NCBI GenBank assembly: GCA_000320545.1
Contig: ADNK01000333.1
Coordinates: 1 to 62,731, forward strand
DNA length: 62,731 bases
DNA from: Bigelowiella natans CCMP2755
Taxonomy: Eukaryota; Protista; Cercozoa
Reading direction: 5' to 3'
Part shown: piece after piece, positions 52,201 to 62,731 of the stretch
How the letters are laid out: the number at the start of each line of letters is the position of its first letter
How positions within the stretch are numbered: position 1 is the first letter of the stretch
Program-made: the position numbers and the translations under genes
Notes under the pieces: generated by a model
Databases searched by the model: none
What the model saw: only the letters and a program-made list of their open reading frames with translations
Told to the model about the DNA's origin: nothing

Positions 52201-54335
52201 TGGAACAAGGGGGGGCGTGTCGGTACAAATCGTACAAGGAAACATGTTTGGATGTCGTGGAATTGACGCACTTTCTAAGGTAGATGCGTATGGCAAAGCA
52301 TACCAATGCGGATATAGTGCCTTCCTCGCCCCTTTCTACGAGTCAATGGGCATGATTGTCTTAATTGCAGGAATAGGTGTGTGCATTGTTTGCCGCAAGA
52401 ATTCTATCAATTGGAAGCTTTTATGGGGCTGGGTGCTGGGGAGGGAACAAGGGCTTCTCCCACGCGCATCGCGCGGGGTGTTCTTACTTAGTGGGGGCAT
52501 ACTTGGAATCGGGCTGCTAGTTGTTGCTGCTGGAGTTCCTACATACGGAACAGCAAGCTCGCACTTTGAGTGCCAGTACGCAAACAAGTTCTCATTGGCA
52601 TTTGTGGAGAAAGCTCCCGAGTCAGCTTCCCACACCCATTATGCGGTGGAATGGGTGACGACCACTTTGCTAGCCCTCTCCATAGGAGGGATAGCATTGG
52701 CCATCATCAACTCGCGTCCTTCAAGGCTCAATTGCAAAGAATCCATTGCACTGAGGTTCGTTGGCATCGGCCTTCCCATGTCTTCAAGTGTTTCCCATGC
52801 ATCTGAGACTAAGCAGTCACTTTCTATCATTGGACAAAACCAATACAAGAAATTAGAAAGCAATGGTGGTAGCGACAGAGAAAGCGTGTCGGTGAGCTGG
52901 CAGCGATGTCGCACAGCATTGCTGGTGGCGCGTGTCACATTTGTTGTAATTTTGCTACTAGCACTCATCATGTCGACGAGCATAGCACAAGTGTACGTTG
53001 ATATTTCAAGCCGAATATCTAACTCGAACAAGAACTTCATACTCTATGGAATCACATTAATTCACAATGTAATGTCGCTCACAATTTTCCCACTTGGCAC
53101 CAACTTCATTGTTGGAGATTTGTCCGAGCTGAAGAGTGGTCGTCGCCAAGCAGGTGTTAGCTTTAGCGTGGCTCTATTGTGGAATACAGTGTCTAATTCA
53201 TTGAGTAACATTTTCGCTCCTGCAATCTCGGAAGCATTTGGCTACGATTCATGCTTGCGCCCGCTTCTAATCCCACTGCAATCTGTTCCTGAGGTCCATG
53301 TAACTACTGATGTGTGTACTTACGGACTAATGCAAAATGGAAAAATCACCGATTGTTTAATCCATGCAACTCTCAGTGCAGGGAAGTATCAGCCACACTT
53401 CGACCTTCGCTCAGACTACTGTACCTCGACCCTTGTTCGCGTGTTTGCGCCGTTCTTCACCACGGCTGTGCTAATGAGGCTTCTTGCACCTGTAATCCAG
53501 AGATACGCCGCATTTTCCCGCCCTCACAAGCTTTTGATGTTCTTCTTTGGGGACGGCAAGTCTTTTGCTGTGTGGCCTGCTTTAGCGAGGGAGATCGGTC
53601 CCCGCAAACTTGCTCGTGCAGTGGAGAAAGTTGTTGAATGTGCATACTGCGAGCAGATGGTGCTGGTGGGCATAATTCTATCAATAGGTATCGCAGCTCC
53701 AGTTGTCGCTGTGGCAGTGGCATTTGTCTCGGTCATCCTGGCTCTGCACTATGTGCACTGGATGTTTGTTCTTGGCACAGTGGTTTGTGAACGAGAGGAA
53801 GAGATCATCCGTGCTGGAGAAACAGAGGTCATTGTTAACTGTGATGTGGTGTACACCTAGAGAGCAGCGTCCCATTGTCGATTTCCTGCCCATTCCATTA
53901 ACTTAGCCGTGTCACAACAACATGTCCTTAGACATTGTGCGACGGGAAGAGAGGGAACGTGAAATGTCCAACATGGAGTGAAGGGGGGGATGTGGCGCGT
54001 TCATGCGTTTGCCCGATGTTTTGCATCCTAGAGCCAGAAACAAATTGAATCTTTTCACTGCCCTGCACCCAAACTGACAAATCTGGGCTTGGGCGAGAGG
54101 AGGGAAAGCGGGGGGGCACAGAGGGCACACGACATGAATCACATCCATGCTTGTGTCTCATGTGTGTCAGGTTGACGGCTCCATTCCATGGACTTCGTTG
54201 CTCGTTCCAGTGACGTGTTCTCTCATGTTTTGGGCAGTGTTTGGGTGGGCAGGTTTGAACTTTGGGTGGCCAGTGGCTGTGTACCTCATCGTACTTCTCC
54301 TGATCATCACTGCCATGAGCACAGTGGCACTCTGA
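49266..54335 (+). CDS. Signal peptide - CUB - (WSPT)4 linker - LRRNT - LRR array - multi-pass transmembrane receptor-like protein
   Basis: Exon 1, 49266-49699: signal peptide and CUB (YGNGFSCTF...FDRFWTEPGHDFLQV...FNWYSDYSKTFSGWSF). Intron 49700-49980 is in matching phase. Exon 2 from 49981: LRR cap EIEGLRELCTALGG...CDWKGLEC, plant-type LRRs (LxLxxNxLSGxIP), then several hydrophobic helices. A probable phase-0 intron 53828-54170 leads to a last exon with two more TM helices ending at 54335; unspliced, the ORF stops at 53860. Confidence 0.85.
50267..51480 (+). repeat. Coding tandem repeat, 183-bp (61-aa) unit, about 6.5 copies
   Basis: FICDPKNPDGA codons start at 50291, 50474, 50657, 50840, 51023, 51206 and 51389, an exact 183-bp spacing. 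Confidence 0.95.
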
Positions 54336-55122
54336 TGCCATTGGCAGGGGTTGTCAATCCATGCTAGCATGCACTCATCGCAACCTGCAGTCAACTTCAC
54401 ACATCAATTGACAGCATGCGGTGTGTGCAATGCCGTTCTGTTTGCATGTGCCATGTCACCGGTCAAAACAGCCAATGCTGCACATGCGTTTGTTCCGCGT
54501 CAACACGTGCTTTTGCTTGGAAACGCTGCGATTTGATTTTGAATTTGCATGCATCACACAGCTCTGGAGCTAGCTAGCTAGACAGCTGCATGAGGATGAT
54601 TGTTGAACAAACTCAATTGATTGATCACATCCGTCTTGCGTGTCACACGTCTCATCGTTCATGCGTCACATGCCACAAATGTCTGTCGTGACCTCGAATT
54701 TCATCAATTGCGTCTAGGCGTAGGTGTTGCACACAGTGAGCGCACATCGTGTGCCATGATGGACCATGCTGGCATGCTGGTGTGCTGGTGGTGTGTCGAC
54801 TTGGTCGAAATCACGGAAGGGGCCGAACAAGCCACCACGTGCACTTCGATACCAATGTGAAACCTGGAAAGAAAAGACTGATTCACTTGCCTTTTTTTTT
54901 GTTGTTCCCTCCTCTGGTCCAGTGGTCCTCCACGAATTCCACGTCGCCATCAACGTGACGCCCGCACTTTCATTGAAGTGCACAATGCTTCCAAACCCAC
55001 ACCGAACACGAGCGCTCCATCACAGAACGAGTTCTCTTGCAAAGTTGTTGATGAAGCAATTGTGAGAAGAGGAGAGGAAGAGGTTTGAGAGCAAGAGGGA
55101 GAAGACCTGGAGCAAGCGGGAG

Positions 55123-57262
55123 TGGAGCTGGGCACAAACACTTTTTTTGTTTGGAAATGCTTTCATTTTTCTGAACAAGCATTTGATTTGAACAAACAAT
55201 GTCCTTTTTTGCTGAACTGGCATTTGGTTTGTTCAAACAATGTTCGATCATGCAAGAAAAAGTGTTTGTAAACGTGTTTGCAAACGTTTTTCTTGCGGGA
55301 ATTTTTTGCAATCAATTTGAAACGTTTTCGAACGGCAATGCATTGAGACAACTTGTGCGTTGCACTTGCACTTCGTCACTTGTCACAATCGTGCTCACAC
55401 ACTTGAGCAGCGCAATGATGATCATGGATACAGTCGTGTTGCACGTGAGATGTGCATTGCACGACACGTTTGTTGCTGATTTGCGGACACGCTCATTGTG
55501 GACACAGTCGTGTTGTTGTGTGCACAAGATGCACATTGCGTGACACGTCCATCACAACGTTGCTGCAGCTTTGCACGTTTGTGCGCAAGTGCCTTGACCT
55601 TCCATGCTTGTGTGGCACGCGTGGCCGATTGTGCAATTCCAGAATTGCGTGAGTGGTCGCTCGTGCCAGCATGCAAGTGTCGCCTGCATTTTGCAACTTG
55701 GCGCATGCGTCTCGCAGCTCGTGTGAGCTGCACTTGCATTTTGTCACACTCATGCTCACATGCTCACACGTTCAAGCAGCGCAATTTGACAATGTTGCAA
55801 AGTGAAATTGCAATTTCGTGCACTTGACAACACACACATCAGTGATGCTGGCCAGCTGGCACGATGCAATGCAAGCGCAGTTCCAAGCCAATGAGCCGCG
55901 CTAGCGCGTGCTCTGCTGAAATTCGCAAGCAAGACTTTTTGCAGAACTGAAAGTGGCGTTGCAATCACACGACAGGCGCACGTGTCTGAGGTGTGCTGTG
56001 CATTGCAACTGCAATGCGCACGCGCTGCCCACCTGCGATCGTTGTCCGTGCGCAATCCACGTTTGTCGCGCCACGCTCAACGCATTGCACGTGCCAGCTA
56101 GCAGAGCAGCAGAGCTGGGCATGGCACACTTGAAAACAAAAACGTTTGCAAACACGTTTGAACAAACATTGTTTGTTCAAATGCGAACACTTTGAAAAAG
56201 TGTTTGCAAACACCAAACACTTGCAAACCATTGTTTGATTTGTTCAAGCGCTGCGCGAGCGCTTGACACACAAGTGTTTGATTTGAACAAACATTGCTTG
56301 TTCACGTGTGTTTGCAAACGTGTTTGTTTTCAAGCACTTGTGCCCCCAGCGCTCTGAGCGGGAGAGACGCTCGCTGCCAAAAAGTTCCCGTTTGTTTTCC
56401 TGACGAGACACGGTTCACATCGTGTGGCTGGTGCGATTTTTTCCCGTGAGTGGAAGCCAAACGTTGTTGCGCGCAGCATGCTTGGAATGCAAGTGAGCCA
56501 CGCTAGCACGGTCAGTTGGGCCATGGAGCAGCAGTTGAGAAGTTCAATTCCAGTTCTGGAGTTGAACAATTTCAGTTGAACGTTCGACTGCACTCTGGCA
56601 CTCCAGCACTTGTCACGTTGTGTGTTGATCAACCAATTGATTGACTGACCTTCTCAGTGAAGGTCTGTCTGGTGCACTTGCTAGCTCATTGCACTTTGTC
56701 ACGCTCGTGCTCTCGTGCTCTCACGCTCACACTTGTGCGCTGCACACGAATTTTGTCGTCATGCTCACGCTGGCATGCTCGGCACTGCACGCAGTGCACG
56801 GTGCGCAGTGCATGCTGGCATGAGTGCACCAGTGCGTGCGCACGTGCGCAACAACGTGGCGCGCAAGGTGATTGCCCGAAAGTCATCCACGACAAGACAG
56901 TTGGACAGGGGGTTGTCGCACCCCCAAAACACCTGACGATGGTTGAGCGTGTGAGCGTGCAAGGTCAAAGCACTTGCTCACAAGCGCACAAGCACGCAAG
57001 GCTGCACAAACAATGAAAGCCTGCACGTGTGCACGTGCAACCCTAATCACCAGATCAAAGGTGAAGGGGATTGGTCAGTTGTTTCAGTGACCGTTCGAAA
57101 ACGTTTCGAATTGTTTGCAGACGTTTTCCTTGTTCGAACACTGTTTGAACGAACCAAACACTGATTTTGCAACGTGTGGGCATTGTTTGTTCCAATCGAA
57201 CACTTGTTTAGAAAAAAGAAACACGTTTCCAAACCAAAAAAAAAGGTTTGTGCCCAGCTCCA
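55123..57262. mobile_element. Degenerate non-autonomous TIR DNA-transposon-like element(s), hAT-like ends
   Basis: TGGAGCTGGGCACAAAC (55123-55139) and its exact reverse complement (57246-57262). Similarity extends about 170-200 bp inward (GAACAAACAATG...GAAACGTTTTCGAACGG). A third related end CAGAGCTGGGCA lies at about 56109. No transposase or target-site duplication seen. Confidence 0.55.
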
Positions 57263-57644
57263 TGAGCTGCAGTTCGAGTGAGGCGTGCAATCAAGTGAAG
57301 GCTTGTGCCATCCGCAAAGAACCTTTGACACAGGTAGAGGTCCAAACATCCTTCGTTTGGCAACCAAGTCACCGTTGGCTGAGGCGACACGCCTGTCCAC
57401 TTCACCGGTGAAAAGAAATGTGGTTCAGGGGTGGGAGGAAAAGCCACCCTCGTGACCGGCGCCAACAGGGTGCAAATCGAGAGGGTCACTCGAGTTTTTT
57501 CTGTGTGTACCGACAAGTGATGAAAAGAAAACAAACCAAAACCCAATGGGAAAAAAGAAAGCGCTTGAAATTATTCAAGTCGCATCCCTATTCTACGCCT
57601 GCGCTTTGTTGACACCTGCTTCGCAATTGAAAAAAATTACATTC

Positions 57645-57717
57645 TGGTCATAAAGGGGCTCGAACCCTTGACCGCTGGCTTATTAGACCAGTGCTCTACC
57701 GACTGAGCTATACGACC
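57645..57717 (-). tRNA. tRNA-Ile (anticodon AAT)
   Basis: Reverse complement GGTCGTATAGCTCAGTCGGTAGAGCACTGGTCTAATAAGCCAGCGGTCAAGGGTTCGAGCCCCTTTATGACCA. It has a 7-bp acceptor stem, D arm, anticodon loop CT-AAT-AA and GGTTCGA T-loop, and is followed by an oligo-T Pol III terminator (A-run at about 57630-57636 on +). Confidence 0.95.
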
Positions 57718-57916
57718 CACTAACTCATTTATGTCTTTTTTCGGTGGGGTTAATGACTCATTTCCTTTGTCTCACCCTGAGATTTCCTCGAATTTCAACT
57801 GGAATTCCAGAGCCAGTCGGAAGAAGAGCAATTAAAAAAATACTGTCTGCATTTTTATTAAACGACAATGAAATTATAAGTTAAATAGGTTAGAAAAGGG
57901 AAGCCTCAAGGAGCCG

Positions 57917-58418
57917 ATGGGGGCCTCCCATCGCGTGCACCTCAAAGCTGCAGACAAGGATTCACGGGAATTGAAGGCCGTGCTCGAGAGCGATGTGGGA
58001 AGGAGGAACATCGACACGCTGATTAAAGCTCGGAAGTATAAGGGACTTTTCTCCTGCAACCATGTTAGTGCGGATGAAGCGTTGGTAGCGAACTTTAAAT
58101 ACCCGAAACAACTAATCTGCATCGCTCTTAACCTAACCCCTCCTTCACAATGTCTCAATCGAATAGACACCACTCCAGATCGCAGTCGTCGCTCATGGAT
58201 CCATGGACTCCGTGCGATTATTGTGCGAGAGTAAGGCGGATGTGAACGCAAGGAGCCGCGGCGGCCGAACGGCTCTAGGCTTTGCTGTAGAGTGTCACCA
58301 GGAGAGATCGAGCCCTATAGTGAAGTAAGTTGTCATCTAGATGCACGCCAATCGGCACCAATAAACATGAAAATACGCTGTTGCCGGTGTGCGCCACGTC
58401 AGCTTCCTTGCTTTCTGG

Positions 58419-58497
<79 letters not shown>

Positions 58498-60569
58498 TGC
58501 TCTCCCTCCACTCCCCGTTCCCGTCCTTTACTCTTGGTCTCCCCCCCCTAGATATCTCATTAGTTGTAAAGCAGACGTAAACACAGAGATTCAACCCGGC
58601 CTACCATTAATTCATTACCTCTATGAAAAAGGGGGGAACCACAAAGGTAGGCTTGCTAGTTCCGAATGCATTATTTCACAGGACTTCCGTTATGATATTG
58701 GATAAGTTTATTATCGTTAACCCCTCCTTCCCGGCCTCCGCCCCCTTCTCTTCCCCGGCCTCCTATAACTATTCCCTAGATTGTCTTTACATGGTGCTTG
58801 AAGCTGCAGGGCTTGACCCAAATGCACGTAAGATGATATCGAGCAGGAGCAATTTTCTGGCCACGCTCCTGGCCACGACCCAAAGAGATAACGTTGGTCA
58901 AATGGAAGAGAAGGGCATGAGCGTTCTCCAAAGAATGGCCGGCGGGAGGGGGCCGTCGCGTCCTTCCGAGTTGGGTTGGAGCAATGAAGATCTCGTGCAT
59001 CGTCTGGTAGCGGCAAAGGCGGACGTGAACCATACATTCCCCTGCGAAGATGGGGTCTGTGAGGACCAGGCGCGCTCGCCTCTTGAGCTTGCAGTTATGT
59101 ACGGTGGCGTTAATATGATTAGACCTCTCCTAGAGGTAAGGAGACAGGATGATGGTGATGATGTTGATGGTGACGATGGTGATGGGGGTGGTGGGGGTGG
59201 GGGTGATGATGATAACGGGGAAATGACGGTGAGGCTCAGGCCCAGATGAGAAGTAGGGCAGGTGGTCCTGTCTGATGTAGTTGTTTCTAATGTCGCAGCC
59301 TCTTCTCTACACCCCAATCTCCTAATCTGCTATCGTGGGACTGACTTCTTCGACTTCCCCCCCCCCCCCCCCTCCCTTGCAAAGGGGAAGGCGCAGATCT
59401 TCTTGCAACGCGGTCATGGCGGCGGAAGCAAAAGCGATAGCAACCCAAAGGTGTCACGCCACAGTAACCTTCTCAGTGCCATCGCATCGTCCTCCTCCTC
59501 CTCACACAACGCGCTTAGAAGCGCAGTACTCTTCGGGGAAATGGCGGCGGTGAAGAGGCTTCTGCCACTGATAAAGCTTGGAGGTCAGAGAGGACAGCAC
59601 GGGAGAGGTAACATCTGCCAAGGTGATGTCAGTAGCTCCAGGGGGGAGAAGATGCGGAAGGGGGAGGCGATTGCTTCGAATGCGAACCAAGCAGCACAGC
59701 CTCTGATTCAGGAACCAAGAAATGGTGATGATGATGGATTGGGGGGGGGGGCACCTCGTCTAGAAGAGAAGCAAAACAACGACGCAGACAACGACGATGA
59801 TGATTTTGTAGAGGGGCCTTTGGTGCCTGTATCCCCGGAAAGCTTCATTGGCGCGACGATGCATAGTCTCATATCAACCATTCGAGCCGATGGTAAGAAA
59901 GGCGTTAGATTTGAAGGCGGGCGACACAAAGCTGCATCGCAGCGGAAACGGCTTCAGTGCGTGCATGGATGGCTGCTGCTAAAGGTAATGAATGCTATAC
60001 GTGACTTTGCCCGCGCGCGTGTGCGGGTGCGTGTGCGGGTGCGGGTGTGTGTGCAGATAACAGATATGGAAAATAATAACCGTGCGACGATGAAAAGTTC
60101 CCAAAAAAGCTTGGACATTTGTTTTATAATAATGATTGTCATTGCCCCCCGCCCCTCCCCCCCTCCCCCCCTAGCGAATGGAGAGAGTTCTGAACCGCGA
60201 CCTTCCCTGTGCCGCCATGCTCTTTCCGGATATAAAGCAAGCTGTTTCTTGTCCCTGCCTTCTTCCGGATACGAACAACGCTGTGTGCGGTAGAAAGTGC
60301 GACGTGCTGCAGGAGTATGGCTTGCCTCCTCTACCCCGAAAAGTGGTGGGTTGCTATTTGGGAGGGGATGGAAAAGGGGGGGGGGGGGGGGGGGGGCGGG
60401 AAAATAAGGAGCTCTGCGTCGTATCCAAACGTGTACATCATAGTATTGGAAAACGGCGAAATGCATGTTTAGTAGTATATACAAACAGAATGAGTACACA
60501 CACATACACACACGCGCGCGCGCGCGCGCGCACAAACAGAGAGAGCGAGGGAGGGAGAAGCGGGGGAAG

Positions 60570-60608
<39 letters not shown>

Positions 60609-60809
60609 GGATATATATATAATATCGAGTGATACTCCGACTACGTGTGAGAGCGGCGTTAATGAGTATTGAATAAAGCAATGGCTATTCATTCCAACAA
60701 CAACAACCAACAGAGCTACCAGAGGGACACAGTCGCAGTGCGAAGATTGTTTCGCCGACAACGCACTGGAATCATCCGCATCGACCACGACTTGGGACCG
60801 TTTAGCTAG
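57917..60809 (+). CDS. Ankyrin-repeat protein (multi-exon)
   Basis: TPLQIAVVAHGSMDSVRLLCESKADVNARSRGGRTALGFAV; YLISCKADVN; LVHRLVAAKADVN...SPLELAVMYGGVNMIRPLLE; ALRSAVLFGEMAAVKRLL. The 3' exons are approximate. Confidence 0.8.
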
Positions 60810-62124
60810 ATTAGTAGCGACATGATGATTTGCAGGAAAGCCTAGAAATGAGTGCATGTAGTAGCAAAGAGCCTTAAAGGCTCTGAGGATGTACGCGTAA
60901 ATTTTCCAATCCGGGAACAACTCCGGGAACAACTCCGTCAAACACGAGCCAGGGAATACTAGAGATTTCGGAGAATACGCTCAGAATACACTAATCTTTC
61001 TCAACCTCTTCGGAACCGATATGTGACAGGAAGAATTATCTACCGCATGTGTGTAACTATTTACAAATGTTAATAAACACAATCCAAATCAACTCAAATC
61101 ATCTAACGGCTGTAGCTACAATAAGCAACACGCGCGACATCAATGTCGGGAACAGAATGAAAGTTGTTTCAACTTCAATCCCGGTCAACGAGTGGGTTTT
61201 GAATGAACTGTGCTTTGCGCGTGCGGCCTGGCGCGCTCAATCGTTGCAATTGGACATCAGAAGCACACCGGAGCCTGTTTGAGATTCAAATTTGATTTTT
61301 TTTTTTCGAATTTCAGCTTGAAAACCTCGTTTTTCAACGCCTGCGCACACGTCGATGACAGACACAGCTAGATAGTGACATCATGTGCAGCATGTGCATG
61401 GTCAACACGCCTGATCGAATCATTCATGCTGTTTGCCACCTAACTGTGTGTTCATTAACGTGCACTCTGGCACTTTTCAGATTGTTGCTTTGAATGTTGC
61501 ATGCCAGATTGATGATGGACACAGTGACATCACATGTTGCTGCTTGTGATGTGTGCTGTCGGCCATTCTAGCATCGCATGTTGCGATGCATGCGCGCAAC
61601 GTTGTTTCAACTCCATGTGTCGATGCTGACGTGCTGCTAGCAAGCTAGCAAGATGTGCACTTCATCTACCTCATGCCCGTAGGTCATTGCCACAAGCTGT
61701 CCATTCGTCGCACCGCAACACGTCTGGAGTGAAGCTGCTGCAGGCTAGCAGGATTTGACACAAAATAGTAGCTAGTTACATGGCCATGTAGGGCTATATA
61801 GAGCGTACCGGGTTTTAGGCACATATGTTACCAAGAACATGTGTGTGGAGTTACATGTGTTCGCACGTGTGTACGCTATGTAGCCACCTGGGGGTTATGG
61901 ATAGTTGTTGTCACATGGCACTTTTTAAACACTACTATCGTGGAGCATGCTATCTGATATACGCACATAAAATGTGTCTCATATAATTCTGTCTATTACT
62001 ACATTAAAGTTTATGGGTCGCACGTGCATACATGCATCGCCTGATGGCTAGTGTCCATGACTAGATAAATAAGCTGCTCAAAGGCTGTTATCTTTAAACA
62101 AATCCAACTCCGTGCTGTCTCGCT

Positions 62125-62317
62125 AATTCAAAGGCTCTACATCTATCACGTCTCCCTCCATGACGTCATTGTCCCCCCCACTCCTAAATAACATCGACAT
62201 ATCAGCCCGTCATCGAACGAAGGGCATCGACCCTCAAATTCGCACACGTTCTGATTAGAGCTCACCTGCTGCTGCCACGGCCTGCGTACGACTGCTCCCC
62301 CGCGTTCGAAAACCCTG

Positions 62318-62349
<32 letters not shown>

Positions 62350-62407
62350 TATGTATGTGTGTGCGCGCGCGCACACGTGTAGTAAGAACACAAAGCACAC
62401 ACACACA

Positions 62408-62452
<45 letters not shown>

Positions 62453-62731
62453 GTATACACACGGTAATGCAACTCACACGATAGAATCATTCTCCTTGGA
62501 ATCTTCTGTCTACATAGAACGATGATATAACACTACATCTCCGTAGGCATCATCACCTTGAATCCGGTCGTCTGTCATCACGTTCAGCGAAGGCGCCAAA
62601 AGCTGTATAGCAACAACAACGCAACAACCTACATCAGCCTCTCACTCAAGCACCTAGCACTAAGATAGACGTGAATGGATATAGAGAGAAATGATGCAGC
62701 TGTTATCACCATCATTATCACCCTCATCATC
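62125..62731 (-). CDS. Possible 3' exons of a gene entering from the right edge
   Basis: Short AG/GT-bounded segments (e.g. 62314-62266) separated by microsatellite-rich intron-like DNA. No family recognised. Confidence 0.3.

Noticed and set aside
53870-57560. CpG methylation-deamination or classical RIP as the cause of TG/CA excess
   Set aside because: CpG is abundant and TA is depleted, the opposite of what C-to-T processes produce.
54351-57612. Numerous overlapping Cys/His/Val/Ala-rich ORFs in TA-poor domains (also 36370-38000 and 47011-48513)
   Set aside because: They arise from the loss of TAA/TAG stop codons. None shows a recognisable domain.
60911-60937. Short tandem CCGGGAACAACT repeat downstream of the ankyrin gene
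   Set aside because: Two copies only, with no further structure.
165-62490. ORFs containing [18 protein letters not shown] or HTHTHT runs
   Set aside because: These are translations of intronic microsatellites.

Overview
Eukaryotic nuclear DNA: gene-dense and intron-rich, with short GT-AG introns full of (TA)n, (GA)n, (CA)n and poly-G/C runs. Two genes have signal-peptide plus transit-peptide-like leaders, pointing to a complex-plastid alga (chlorarachniophyte-like; inference only). Exons stitched by hand give: an M17 leucyl aminopeptidase (partial), an RHBDD1/RBL14-type rhomboid, a PH-domain protein, an EML/EMAP-like HELP-WD40 protein with an EF-hand, a cyclophilin, a DUF6604 protein, a conserved algal hypothetical protein, a secreted lysozyme-fold protein, an intronless secreted 438-aa protein with a toxin-like motif, VPS53, a CUB-LRR multi-pass membrane receptor, tRNA-Ile(AAT) and an ankyrin-repeat protein. 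Two signals stand out. (1) Intergenic, repeat-containing domains have lost almost all TpA, apparently converted to TpG/CpA, while CTAG is spared and CpG is kept. This looks like a directional, domain-restricted A-to-G mutational system, the mirror image of fungal RIP. (2) The LRR receptor is built from 183-bp repeats whose scaffold is nearly invariant but whose predicted ligand-facing residues are hypervariable. Exon boundaries and family calls come from reading by eye and recall, not from database searches.
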